DNA from: Minisyncoccota bacterium
GTDB taxonomy: Bacteria > Patescibacteriota > Minisyncoccia > Phycocordibacterales > CAIZLB01
Length of the DNA: 64,000 nt
Assembly: GCA_018062305.1 (NCBI GenBank)
Contig: JAGOSK010000001.1
Location: 19,005-83,004 of the forward strand
Direction of reading: 5' to 3'
Shown here: positions 37,394 through 47,174 of the stretch, in pieces
Numbering within the stretch: the stretch's first letter is position 1
Layout of the letters: every line of letters starts with the position of its first letter
The notes under the pieces: model-generated
Told to the model about the DNA's origin: nothing
Seen by the model: only the letters and a program-made list of their open reading frames with translations
The model's database searches: none
Made by a program: the position numbers and the translations under genes

Positions 37394-39460
37394 ATGAGTA
37401 TATACATGACTGGAAGTTATTTTCACAAAAAAATAATTCTTATTGTTGCACTTGCGTCTTTTTTGATTGTTGGGTTTTTTCCATCAACCACACAAAGCGC
37501 CGTTACTGCGACAGACCTTTTAAAATTAACTAATCCTACTACAGCTGCCATCGGAGCTGTAAATATAGCCACGGATACATTCGGTAATGGTAAGGCTACA
37601 CAAAATGACCAAATTTACTGCCTTAAAACAACCGGAGTCACTGATGGTTATGTACCCGATATTAGTATCCCCGGCTGTGCTGCCTATGTTTCTTTTACTA
37701 TCCTCCAGGTCGCTTCTTGGGTACTTTGGGTAGCAGCCATTCTTTTCAACAAAACCCTTGGCTACACACTGAACATGGCAGGGTTCATAAAAGATATACC
37801 AATAGTCGCAGTTGGTTGGACAACCTTCAGAGATGTAACCAACTTGATGTTTGTCTTTATTATCCTCTATATTGCGATCAATACTATTATAGGAAACGAA
37901 GGTTATGGTATTAAAAAACTTCTTGGAAAAGTAATTGTAGGAGCGATGCTTATAAATTTCAGTTTGTTTTTTACCCAAATAGCGATTGATGCTTCAAATA
38001 TATTTGCATTACAGTTTTACAACAAAATAACAGTATCGGCTCAAGGTCAAAATATATCTTCAGGAAAAGATGGGAGTAACACCGACTGGGATGCGGGTAT
38101 TTCTGCGGCATTTGTAAATGCTATGGGTCTCCAACAGATCTATTTCTGGGGGAAGGGGGCACAGTCTTCTGGAACTGGAGAGGGTGCAGACTTGAACGAC
38201 GTAAATGGTTCGACCAAACTTGGCCTAAATCCAGGAAACATGATACTTGTAGGATTAGGAGGAACCGTACTTGTACTCATCACTGCATTTGTATTTTTTG
38301 CGGCAACATTTATGTTTTTTATGCGAACTATTACATTAATGTTTTTGATGATTTTATCACCAGTAGCATTTATGGGAAACATTCTCCCTGCTCTAGGAAA
38401 GCACACAGGAAAATGGTGGAGTAAACTCACAGATAATCTATTATTTGCTCCTACATACATGATGCTTTTGTATCTCGTAATGAGCATGCTCACCAGTGGT
38501 GCTTTCAAAGGAATAAACGGTAAGGGGAGTAATTTTGCAGATATGTTCGCAGGTGGTACAAGTTGGACTGGTGCAGTGATGACTTTCATTGTATTAGTTT
38601 CACTCATGTTTGGTTGTCTAATCATTGCGGTCTCGTTTGGTGCTAGTGGTGCAAAATGGGCTGAGAAATTTGCTAAAGACGGGTCACTTTCTTTTGGAAA
38701 GTGGGCTGGAGGGGGTATTGCAAGAGGTGGAGCTGGTCGGCTGGGAGACTTTGCATCAAGTAGTAAATATTTGGCGAATATTAGTGCGAGGAGCCCGAAC
38801 TCCTTTGTTGGTAGATCTGCTGCTGCACTTATGCAGAGGGGTGACAAGCTAAAAGATGTAAAGATTGCAGGTAAAAGCTTTAATGAACGAGTGAAAGAAA
38901 AGCAAAAAGATTATACAAAGAGAGGAAATCTAATTGAGAAGGCATTACTTGATGTTGGTGATGCACCAATAAACCCTGGGGCAGGTGCTTCTCTGGCAGC
39001 ACAAACAGCATATAACACAGAAAAGACTGCATATGACACAAGAGTGGCACAAGCAAAAACAGCTGCGGCAAAAGCAGAAAAAGACTATCTTGGAGGAAAA
39101 AGATTTTCATATGCGAGTACAGCAGCTATGAAAAAGGCAGCAAAAGCAGCACAGGGTACAGATAACAAAGAGGCTTTGGAAAACCTCATATCCAAAACAG
39201 GTAAGTGGTCTCAAGATGAACATAATAGAGCCAAGGATACAATCGAAAAAGATGAAGTTGATGCAAATGGTAATGTAATAACCCAGTCTTTGAATAATCA
39301 AATTAAGGAATTAAGACTCCAATCTAAAATACCTGGAGCAGACCTTGGAAGAATAAACCAACAATTATCTATTATAATGGGAGAAAAGAAGGAACTAGAA
39401 GTTATTATCAAGGGCCACCTTGATACAGTTGGTAAATTAAGTAACCTCGAATCAAAATAA
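37394..39460 (+). CDS. Polytopic membrane protein, VirB6/TrbL-like candidate, with a C-terminal Lys/Ala-rich coiled-coil tail
   Basis: At least six hydrophobic helices after a signal sequence, then a hydrophilic tail of about 270 aa. The position and topology match the VirB6 class. Confidence 0.5.
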   Translation: MSIYMTGSYFHKKIILIVALASFLIVGFFPSTTQSAVTATDLLKLTNPTTAAIGAVNIATDTFGNGKATQNDQIYCLKTTGVTDGYVPDISIPGCAAYVSFTILQVASWVLWVAAILFNKTLGYTLNMAGFIKDIPIVAVGWTTFRDVTNLMFVFIILYIAINTIIGNEGYGIKKLLGKVIVGAMLINFSLFFTQIAIDASNIFALQFYNKITVSAQGQNISSGKDGSNTDWDAGISAAFVNAMGLQQIYFWGKGAQSSGTGEGADLNDVNGSTKLGLNPGNMILVGLGGTVLVLITAFVFFAATFMFFMRTITLMFLMILSPVAFMGNILPALGKHTGKWWSKLTDNLLFAPTYMMLLYLVMSMLTSGAFKGINGKGSNFADMFAGGTSWTGAVMTFIVLVSLMFGCLIIAVSFGASGAKWAEKFAKDGSLSFGKWAGGGIARGGAGRLGDFASSSKYLANISARSPNSFVGRSAAALMQRGDKLKDVKIAGKSFNERVKEKQKDYTKRGNLIEKALLDVGDAPINPGAGASLAAQTAYNTEKTAYDTRVAQAKTAAAKAEKDYLGGKRFSYASTAAMKKAAKAAQGTDNKEALENLISKTGKWSQDEHNRAKDTIEKDEVDANGNVITQSLNNQIKELRLQSKIPGADLGRINQQLSIIMGEKKELEVIIKGHLDTVGKLSNLESK

Positions 39461-39461
39461 T

Positions 39462-40145
39462 ATGAGCAATATAAACCAAAAAATTTATTTGCAAAAGATG
39501 GAAGATAGTCCAGAAGCTATCAAAAAATATGTTTCGGGTATATTTTTAGATAATTCTTATTTAACTTTTTTGGAAAAATATCGAAACACACTACCAAATA
39601 AACAAGATGTGGCTGACATATTACAAAATGAGGTTTTACTTTTTCTTATAAAAATAAATAGTATTGAAGCTTTTATTGAAAACTTTGTTGAAATATTGGA
39701 TGTCAAACCATTAGATGCCGAAAAAATCCTGGAAGATTTTTTTACTATTTGTATTCCTAAAGAAGTTCAGAATTTAATAAAAGAACTCAATCCGATGCAG
39801 AATGGAGGAAACAAAATCGAAGAAGCAAAACTCACCGATCCAGAACACATCTCACACCACGATCTCCTTAGTGAAATAGAGAATCCAACTCCATCAATCA
39901 GCACGACGACCGATTTTCAAAATCAAAACTTTGTTAAAAGTTCTCAACCGCAAGCAAATACTCCAGTAGTAAAAACATCAGCAAACAAAGGGATAAATAC
40001 AGCCACTACAAACACATATACAAATCCAGCCTTAAACATAGCCACAAAATTAGATCAGAAACTCTCAACACCCTCTGCTTCCATTCCAAAAGATATATAT
40101 GTATCGAAGAAACCAGATCCATATCACGAACCGGTAGACTTATAG
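39462..40145 (+). CDS. Hypothetical protein
   Basis: 227-aa ORF coupled to the upstream stop codon. No motif recognised. Confidence 0.45.
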   Translation: MSNINQKIYLQKMEDSPEAIKKYVSGIFLDNSYLTFLEKYRNTLPNKQDVADILQNEVLLFLIKINSIEAFIENFVEILDVKPLDAEKILEDFFTICIPKEVQNLIKELNPMQNGGNKIEEAKLTDPEHISHHDLLSEIENPTPSISTTTDFQNQNFVKSSQPQANTPVVKTSANKGINTATTNTYTNPALNIATKLDQKLSTPSASIPKDIYVSKKPDPYHEPVDL

Positions 40146-40188
40146 TAGACCTATAGACCAGCCCTGCAATTAATGTAAAATACAAGAA

Positions 40189-40524
40189 ATGACCAACCCC
40201 CAGCAAAACTCCATAGAACTCGCAAAAGAAAAATTTGAACTACTACCAGAGGACGCTCAGTCTGCAATCAGAGATTTTGAGTACGACAAAGCACTCAGAG
40301 AGATTCACGAAATGTACAAACTACATATCGACCAAGCTTCATCACTCGAAAAAGCTGTGGCTGATGTTATTTTTGGTGAAATAGAAACAACACAACTCAT
40401 TCCTATCTTGCAAAACGAATTGCGGATAAGCCCTGAGATGGCACTCAAACTCAGTATCGATGTTGATGCAAAAATACTTCGACCACTCCAAGAAAAAATG
40501 AAAGTGATTCAAGCGCAGGTATAA
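40189..40524 (+). CDS. Hypothetical small protein
   Basis: 111-aa ORF. Confidence 0.4.
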   Translation: MTNPQQNSIELAKEKFELLPEDAQSAIRDFEYDKALREIHEMYKLHIDQASSLEKAVADVIFGEIETTQLIPILQNELRISPEMALKLSIDVDAKILRPLQEKMKVIQAQV

Positions 40525-40628
40525 ACATCAGCGGAGGCACAAACACATCACGCGCGCATAGTAATAAGCGCAAGAAATATTATCAAAATATCAATGGTGA
40601 TATATTTTAGTGATATACTTGTAACATA

Positions 40629-41096
40629 ATGCGTTATCAGGTACCACAATTTATTGAGGTAGAAGACAAAATATTCGGGCCTTTTACATTCAAACAATTC
40701 GTATACATGGCAGGAGGGGCTGGTATTTGTTTTATCGCCTACCGAGCAGTCCCACTTTTTTGGGCAATTCTCATTATGCTACCAGCCGGGGGTTTTGCTG
40801 CGGCATTGGCATTCTACAGACCGAACAATAGACCGTTTATCAACACCATAGAATCTGCGTTCAACTATCTCATTACCCAAAAACTCTATATATGGAGGAA
40901 AATAGATAAAAAAGTAGAACAAAAAAGCGCCGTAGAAATACTCGAGGCGGTCAAATCTTCTATCTCAGTTCCAAAACTCTCAGAAAGTAGACTCAAAGAT
41001 CTCGCATGGAGTCTCGACATCAACGAAACGGTGTATTCAAGACAATCCGGTAAACTTCAAGGGAGAACTGATGCGCAAAGTAAAAAGACATTTTAA
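40629..41096 (+). CDS. Small two-TM membrane protein, VirB3/PrgI-like candidate
   Basis: Two adjacent hydrophobic helices (FVYMAGGAGICFIAYRAVPLFWAILIMLPAGGFAAALAF). It sits upstream of the VirB4-like ATPase, as in Gram-positive T4SS loci. Confidence 0.4.
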   Translation: MRYQVPQFIEVEDKIFGPFTFKQFVYMAGGAGICFIAYRAVPLFWAILIMLPAGGFAAALAFYRPNNRPFINTIESAFNYLITQKLYIWRKIDKKVEQKSAVEILEAVKSSISVPKLSESRLKDLAWSLDINETVYSRQSGKLQGRTDAQSKKTF

Positions 41097-41157
41097 AACA
41101 GTCTAAAGAAATATCTTATAGTTTCCAAAACAACACTTCTTACTATATAATTGCACT

Positions 41158-41808
41158 ATGGCTACAGAAGCAAACAATGCAAAACCAACACAGTCATTTG
41201 TTCCTATAAAAGAGATTCGCGATGGTATCATTGTGCTCAAAGATGGTTCACTTCGTTCTATTCTCCTTGCTTCTTCACTCAACTTTGCTCTCAAATCTTC
41301 TGAAGAACAACAATCAATTATTTTTCAATTTCAAAACTTTCTAAACTCAATTAACTTTTCCATTCAGATTTACACTCAGTCTCGAAGGCTCGATATACGC
41401 CCATACATAGCCCTCCTAGAGGAACGACTTAAGGAGCAGGTAGGGGATTTGATGAAAATGCAAACTCGAGAATATATAGAGTTTATCAAAAGTTTCACCG
41501 AGTCTACCAGTATTATGACCAAAAGCTTTTTTATAGTTGTTTCGTACTCTGCCCCAGCACTCGGAGGTACGACAGCTATAAAAAAGTCATTTTTTGGAGG
41601 GGGTGGTACAAAGAAAGAACAGGAAAAAACAACATTTGAAGAAAGTAGGAGTCAGCTCCAACAGCGAGTCGAGGTAGTGGAGCAAGGGCTCGTTCGATGT
41701 GGTATCCGTATTGCAAGCCTTGGAACAGAGGAGCTTATTGAATTGTTTTACAAAACATTCAATCCAGGGGATATAGAAAAGCCAATTCACTTAACGCAAA
41801 ATAAATAA
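41158..41808 (+). CDS. Hypothetical protein immediately upstream of the VirB4-like ATPase
   Basis: 216-aa ORF. Its stop lies 5 nt before the next start. Confidence 0.45.
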   Translation: MATEANNAKPTQSFVPIKEIRDGIIVLKDGSLRSILLASSLNFALKSSEEQQSIIFQFQNFLNSINFSIQIYTQSRRLDIRPYIALLEERLKEQVGDLMKMQTREYIEFIKSFTESTSIMTKSFFIVVSYSAPALGGTTAIKKSFFGGGGTKKEQEKTTFEESRSQLQQRVEVVEQGLVRCGIRIASLGTEELIELFYKTFNPGDIEKPIHLTQNK

Positions 41809-41813
41809 CATAT

Positions 41814-43742
41814 ATGGCATTCCTCGATTTTTTAAAACCTAAACAAACAAAGAGCAATCCTATTGCGTCAGTTCTTCCACAAGAAATCTACCAAAGTGGT
41901 GTATTGGAACTTCAAGACATCATCGCTCCATCTGCTCTAAAGGTTACACCGCGTGCTCTAAACCTCGGCGACAAGCTCGTGCGAACATTCTTTGTTATTT
42001 CATATCCTCGATTTCTTTCAGAGAGTTGGTTTGCTCCGGTTATCAACCTCGACAAGATTTTTGATATTTCTATTTTCATTCATCCTATCGACACAGCTTC
42101 AGTACTACGAACATTCCAGAAAAAAGTAGCTGAAGTACAAAGTCAGATACACATGAGAGAGGAGAAAGGGCTCGTGCGTGATCCAATGCTCGACACTGCC
42201 TACCAAGACCTCGAATCACTTCGAGACAATCTTCAGCAAGCTCAGGAAAAAATCTTTGATGTAGGGCTCTACATATCAATCTACGGAGACAGTGAGCAAG
42301 ACCTAGACAAAATCGAGTCAGAAGTGAAGTCTATTCTTGAATCAAGTCTCGTATACCTCAAGCCTGCTCTTTTCCAACAGGAACAAGGTTTCAAAAGTGT
42401 GCTTCCGATCGCTGACGACCAGCTCAACATTCACTCAAAACTTAATTCTGCGCCACTTTCGAGTGTGTTTCCATTTATTTCATTCGACCTTACTTCAGAC
42501 AAGGGTATTTTGTATGGTATCAACAGACACAACTCTTCACTTATCCTCTTTGATCGATTCTCACTTGAAAACTACAACTCTATTACTTTTGCTAAGTCTG
42601 GTTCTGGAAAATCATATACAACCAAGCTCGAAATCCTTCGATCTATGATGTTTGATACAGACGTGATAGTACTCGACCCTGAGCGAGAATATGAATATCT
42701 TGCTGAAGCTACAGGAGGACGATTCTTCAACATCTCTTTGAGTTCTGAGCACCACATCAACCCCTTTGACCTTCCTACTCCACGTGAAGACGAGGCAAGT
42801 GCCGACGTACTTCGATCAAACATTATCAACCTTGTAGGACTTTTCCGAATCATGCTTGGAGGACTTACACCTGAAGAAGATGCTATCGTAGACCGAGCTA
42901 TTACAGAAACATATGCCCTCAAAGATATCACTCCTGAGTCCAACTTTGCAGCGGTAGAACCACCACTTATGTCAGACTTCGAACTCGTACTCGCAGGTAT
43001 GGAAGGAGGGGAATCACTCGTACAACGACTCACAAAGTATACAAAGGGTACTTGGGCAGGATTTATCAACCGTCCTTCAAACGTAGACATCAACAAGAAG
43101 TTCGTGGTGTTCTCAATGCGAGACATGGAAGACGAACTCAAGCCAGTAGCGATGTATATCGTAATGCACTTCATTTGGAACCAGATTCGAAAAGAGCTCA
43201 AGCGACGACTTATGGTTATTGATGAGGCATGGTGGATGATGAAATCAGAAGATACCGCTTCTTTCCTCTATGGACTTGCAAAACGAGGACGAAAATACTA
43301 TCTAGGACTCGCTACAATCACTCAGGACGTGGAGGACTTCCTCAAGTCACCTTATGGACTACCTATTATTACAAACTCGTCTATTCAGCTTCTACTCAAG
43401 CAGTCGCCATCATCTATTGATATTGTGCAAAAGACTTTTAACCTTACCGACGAAGAAAAGTATCTACTCCTCGAGTCTGATGTGGGAGAGGGAATCTTCT
43501 TTGCTGGACTTAAACACGTTGCTATCAAGGTTATTTCTTCATATACAGAAGATCAAATCATCACATCTTCTCCATCACAGGTTTTGGATATGAAAAAGGC
43601 TAGAGCGGACCTCGCAACGAAAGGACTGGTAACAGAAGATCAGGTGAGTGGAAATATCAGCGCAAGTAATACATTTATGGATAATATGGAAGCTGAAGGA
43701 AAGAGAAACATAGCAGATATAAAAGCGGAGCAAAATCTGTAA
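41814..43742 (+). CDS. VirB4/TrbE/PrgJ-family type IV secretion ATPase
   Basis: Walker A FAKSGSGKSYT, the VirB4-typical Walker B LMVIDEAWWMM and the LGLATITQ motif. The N-terminal region resembles the Gram-positive VirB4 N-domain. Confidence 0.75.
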   Translation: MAFLDFLKPKQTKSNPIASVLPQEIYQSGVLELQDIIAPSALKVTPRALNLGDKLVRTFFVISYPRFLSESWFAPVINLDKIFDISIFIHPIDTASVLRTFQKKVAEVQSQIHMREEKGLVRDPMLDTAYQDLESLRDNLQQAQEKIFDVGLYISIYGDSEQDLDKIESEVKSILESSLVYLKPALFQQEQGFKSVLPIADDQLNIHSKLNSAPLSSVFPFISFDLTSDKGILYGINRHNSSLILFDRFSLENYNSITFAKSGSGKSYTTKLEILRSMMFDTDVIVLDPEREYEYLAEATGGRFFNISLSSEHHINPFDLPTPREDEASADVLRSNIINLVGLFRIMLGGLTPEEDAIVDRAITETYALKDITPESNFAAVEPPLMSDFELVLAGMEGGESLVQRLTKYTKGTWAGFINRPSNVDINKKFVVFSMRDMEDELKPVAMYIVMHFIWNQIRKELKRRLMVIDEAWWMMKSEDTASFLYGLAKRGRKYYLGLATITQDVEDFLKSPYGLPIITNSSIQLLLKQSPSSIDIVQKTFNLTDEEKYLLLESDVGEGIFFAGLKHVAIKVISSYTEDQIITSSPSQVLDMKKARADLATKGLVTEDQVSGNISASNTFMDNMEAEGKRNIADIKAEQNL

Positions 43743-43845
43743 AATTTATAATCTGCAAAAACTATAAAATCCCGAGTGTGTGCTCGGGATTTTATGTTAA
43801 TTAATCACACATTTGCAGGTGGGGTAATAAAATGATGTACAATAA

Positions 43846-44475
43846 GTGCATATGATAGTATTCGATCCAGATAGTCCTAGTAATTTACAATCAGATAACC
43901 TACGCACAGGCAGTAGGACTGGTTCTGCTTCAGGAGATATGCTTGCAGAGCAAGGCGATCAAGCTGAAAACGAGCTCGCGGGGCGAGGTGAACGTGGTGA
44001 ACAGTACAAACAACAAACTCGTCAGCAACGATTCATGACACAGAGAATGCGAGAGTTATCTGAAAAGGACACAACAAACGGAAACTCACAAGTTCGAAGA
44101 CCACGAAACGAGAGATTTAAAAACCAAAAGGAAGACCAGCCAACCAAATTTGGTAGATCAGATGTTGTGATCATGTCGGTTGTGGCACTTATGTTTGACG
44201 GAGTAGGGGGAATCATCAGTCTGCTTGATTTTATTATTCCTCCAACTGGTGAGTTTATAAACAGTGTCACCGTTTTTCCTTTAGCTACACTTACCTTGTA
44301 TACGATGTATAAACATCGGGGGGTTGAATTTAAAGATACAAAGGTACTTGTTCGATTTTGGGGAAGTCTATTGATCGGCTTTATACCTATAGTGGCAATA
44401 CTTCCTGAATATTTTTTAAATGTAATCTTGGTTTCAACAGTAATGAAAGCTGAGGAAAAGATAAAGAATTTATAA
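43846..44475 (+). CDS. Hypothetical membrane protein (charged N-terminus, three C-terminal TM helices)
   Basis: ORF with hydrophobic helices in the C-terminal half. Confidence 0.4.
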   Translation: MHMIVFDPDSPSNLQSDNLRTGSRTGSASGDMLAEQGDQAENELAGRGERGEQYKQQTRQQRFMTQRMRELSEKDTTNGNSQVRRPRNERFKNQKEDQPTKFGRSDVVIMSVVALMFDGVGGIISLLDFIIPPTGEFINSVTVFPLATLTLYTMYKHRGVEFKDTKVLVRFWGSLLIGFIPIVAILPEYFLNVILVSTVMKAEEKIKNL

Positions 44476-44509
44476 TTGTTTGATATAATAAGAAAGATCA
44501 CCTTACTAT

Positions 44510-45694
44510 ATGAATAAGAATTTTACTGAATTAAACAAATCAAATATTAGAAAAGGTCATGCAGCCCAGGTTGGCATAGCTTTTGTTCTCATTATATTTT
44601 CTTTATCATTTTTTAATATTCACTCTGATACTCAAAAAGCGCAAGCTCAGGAAACGCCAAATTTCGGTAGTTCTAATTTTATGGAATCTAATCTAGCACA
44701 GACAACAGGTGAACCAGGCACAGGCGACCCAAGTATCCCATTTACATCAAAATTTCCTCAAATAAAAGAGCAATTAGTCGTTGAAGTTAGCCCTGAAATA
44801 CCGAAACCTGGCGACACTGTGACTATTTCAGCAGAACTGTATGGAGATATTGATTTAAATTCAACCCTCATATCATGGAAAAAAAATGGGGTTGTAGAAC
44901 TCAAAGGAATTGGTAAGAAAGAATTCAGTTTTGTAATGGATGCTACTGGAAAACTCACAACGATAGATTTTGAGGCAACTCCAACAAATGCGCCAGCTAT
45001 TACAAAAACCTGGAGCTTTGCACCCGTAGATGTAGACATACTCTGGCAAGCAAACACATACACACCACCTTTCTACAAAGGTAAGGCTCTTTTTACACCC
45101 GAATCAAATGTCACTTTTATAGCCCTACCAAACATACTCATAGGAGGAAAGCGTGTGGACTCATCAGATGTAGTATACAAATGGAAAGTAGACAGAACTG
45201 TAGATGGAGCAAACTCTGGTTTTGGAAAAAGTTCGTATGACTTTACTGGCTCTATTATTCTAAAGCCGACTCTCATACAAGCTGAGGTCTATGCCGCGGC
45301 AAACAGTGCCTACAAAGGTATAAATGGATTTCAAATTTCCCATGTGTTTCCACAAGCACTTGTTTATGAAGATAGTCCACTATATGGCATCTTATTCAAT
45401 AAAGCTCTTCGTAATCAATATACTATCAAGAGTGATGAGGTTGAATTGTCAGTAATTCCATATTTCTTTAGTACAGAAGGAAAAAACAGTGCGGTCACAT
45501 ACAAGTGGGACCTCAACACTTCATCACTCTCTCTACCAGAATTTCAAAATTCTGCAGTATTTCGAAGAAAGGACAACAAAAAAGGTTCTGCAAATGTGTC
45601 TATCACAATCGGCAATCCTTCAAAAATATTGCAAAAATCAAGCGCTGTCTTGGGTTTAATTTTCAATGAAAAGAATAGTGGTTTTGGGCAGTAG
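44510..45694 (+). CDS. Hypothetical secreted protein
   Basis: N-terminal signal/anchor (VGIAFVLIIFSLSFF) followed by a beta-rich domain. Confidence 0.5.
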   Translation: MNKNFTELNKSNIRKGHAAQVGIAFVLIIFSLSFFNIHSDTQKAQAQETPNFGSSNFMESNLAQTTGEPGTGDPSIPFTSKFPQIKEQLVVEVSPEIPKPGDTVTISAELYGDIDLNSTLISWKKNGVVELKGIGKKEFSFVMDATGKLTTIDFEATPTNAPAITKTWSFAPVDVDILWQANTYTPPFYKGKALFTPESNVTFIALPNILIGGKRVDSSDVVYKWKVDRTVDGANSGFGKSSYDFTGSIILKPTLIQAEVYAAANSAYKGINGFQISHVFPQALVYEDSPLYGILFNKALRNQYTIKSDEVELSVIPYFFSTEGKNSAVTYKWDLNTSSLSLPEFQNSAVFRRKDNKKGSANVSITIGNPSKILQKSSAVLGLIFNEKNSGFGQ

Positions 45695-45787
45695 TATACG
45701 GGTTAAATAAGAGTATAAATAGGCAAACAAACTTTTTTGCTTATTTATAACTTATAGAGATTAACTTATTTTGATATACTTATCTTT

Positions 45788-47152
45788 GTGAAGCACAAAC
45801 TAATCCATAAAATAGCTTATATATTTTTTATATTGGTTTGCTTTTTAAATTCATTCCTGACTGTTTTTGCAGCAGGGGCTTATTCCGATCTTGAAGCAGG
45901 GACATATACAGCAACTATCGAAAACTTTGCAAACAGCGGAAAAACGCAAACCTTCCAGATGGTTCTTATTCCTGATATAAACGGATATCTATATTTAGAT
46001 CGTGAAAAAACCAACATTCCAATCAAAGACTATTCGGGGGATAAGGATTACTTACCCGACGAACTTACCTATAAAAACGCAAACGGAAAAGAGGTTACAT
46101 TTGATCTCAGATCCACATCAAGAATCGATAATACGAGTGGGGCTATAAAAGTTGATGGTAAAGGAAATCTCACTTCACCAACAATTACTCAGACCGAAAC
46201 AAAACCAGTGGTGACTCTCGGAGCCACCACCCCTCCCCCAAACTCAAACGCTGGCTCATACACATTCCTTGCACCACTACCGTTCTTTGGGGGTCCATCA
46301 ATAAATATTGCAGAGGGAGGACTTGCTGGGTATTTAGATGGATTGTACAAAGCCGGTATTGCTGTAGCTACCGGGTTAGCACTCATTATGATTGTTGCAG
46401 GAGGTCTTGAGTATGCATCAGCTGGTTCTGTAGGAGGGAAAGATGGGGGAAAGAGTAAGATTAAAAATGCACTCATTGGATTACTACTTGCTTTGACTTC
46501 ATTCATCATATTGCAACAGATTAATCCTGGTCTCATTCGAAATGATTTGGCAGTAGATGCCACCAAGGCAGTAGGGGGTATTACCGGGCAGACGGTGGAT
46601 TTGGTTGATTATACCAACACAACATTAGGAAATCTGTATACACAGGGTATAATTGATGGATCGTTAGGAAACAATCCTGGGTCATTTCCAGGAAGTGGCG
46701 TCTTATCTACATCTGCGGTCGCGGCACGAATAGTGCAATCTGCTAGAGCAAATCTAAATGAATCAACTTGTTTCCCTGTTACAGAATACGGAAGAAGAGG
46801 CTGTGGCTATGCTTTTGGAAAGATAATGAGCGACGCTGGTGTTAATTTTACTAACCTAAACTCAAGTTCGGTCTTATCTACATCAAACATATATAGTGTT
46901 TTAGCAACCGACCAAAGGTTTACACTTGTTTCTATAAACGATACACGAAACGCCCTTCCGGGAGATATTATTATTTCACCAACAACATCTGTGGCAACTG
47001 GTCACGTAGGAATTATTGAACAAGCTGGTGCTGGAAAAATAATATCAAACAGTAGTAATGCTGGTTCAATTCAAGATTATTTTACTGGTCAAAAATGGTT
47101 AAATTATTACGGAGGAAAAGGATTAAAAACTTATATTTTTAGATATCGATAA
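45788..47152 (+). CDS. Secreted protein with a VirB2/pilin-like double-helix segment and a C-terminal CHAP/NlpC-P60-like hydrolase domain
   Basis: Signal peptide. Central segment AGIAVATGLALIMIVAGGLEYASAG...ALIGLLLALTSFIILQQ, two hydrophobic helices split by a charged loop. C-terminus has Cys in RRGCGYAF and His in TGHVGII. Confidence 0.5.
   Translation: MKHKLIHKIAYIFFILVCFLNSFLTVFAAGAYSDLEAGTYTATIENFANSGKTQTFQMVLIPDINGYLYLDREKTNIPIKDYSGDKDYLPDELTYKNANGKEVTFDLRSTSRIDNTSGAIKVDGKGNLTSPTITQTETKPVVTLGATTPPPNSNAGSYTFLAPLPFFGGPSINIAEGGLAGYLDGLYKAGIAVATGLALIMIVAGGLEYASAGSVGGKDGGKSKIKNALIGLLLALTSFIILQQINPGLIRNDLAVDATKAVGGITGQTVDLVDYTNTTLGNLYTQGIIDGSLGNNPGSFPGSGVLSTSAVAARIVQSARANLNESTCFPVTEYGRRGCGYAFGKIMSDAGVNFTNLNSSSVLSTSNIYSVLATDQRFTLVSINDTRNALPGDIIISPTTSVATGHVGIIEQAGAGKIISNSSNAGSIQDYFTGQKWLNYYGGKGLKTYIFRYR
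46225..46607. repeat. 383-bp segment 100% identical to 47720..48102 (copy 1)
   Basis: Compared base by base. It encodes the pilin-like segment in both genes. Confidence 0.9.
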
Positions 47153-47174
47153 AAAGAATGTATAATATATTGGT

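Noticed and set aside
41158-43742. Possibility that 41158..41808 and 41814..43742 are one frameshifted VirB4 gene
   Set aside because: A clean stop and a start 5 nt later. The second ORF alone contains the full VirB4 N-domain and ATPase motifs, so they are treated as separate genes.
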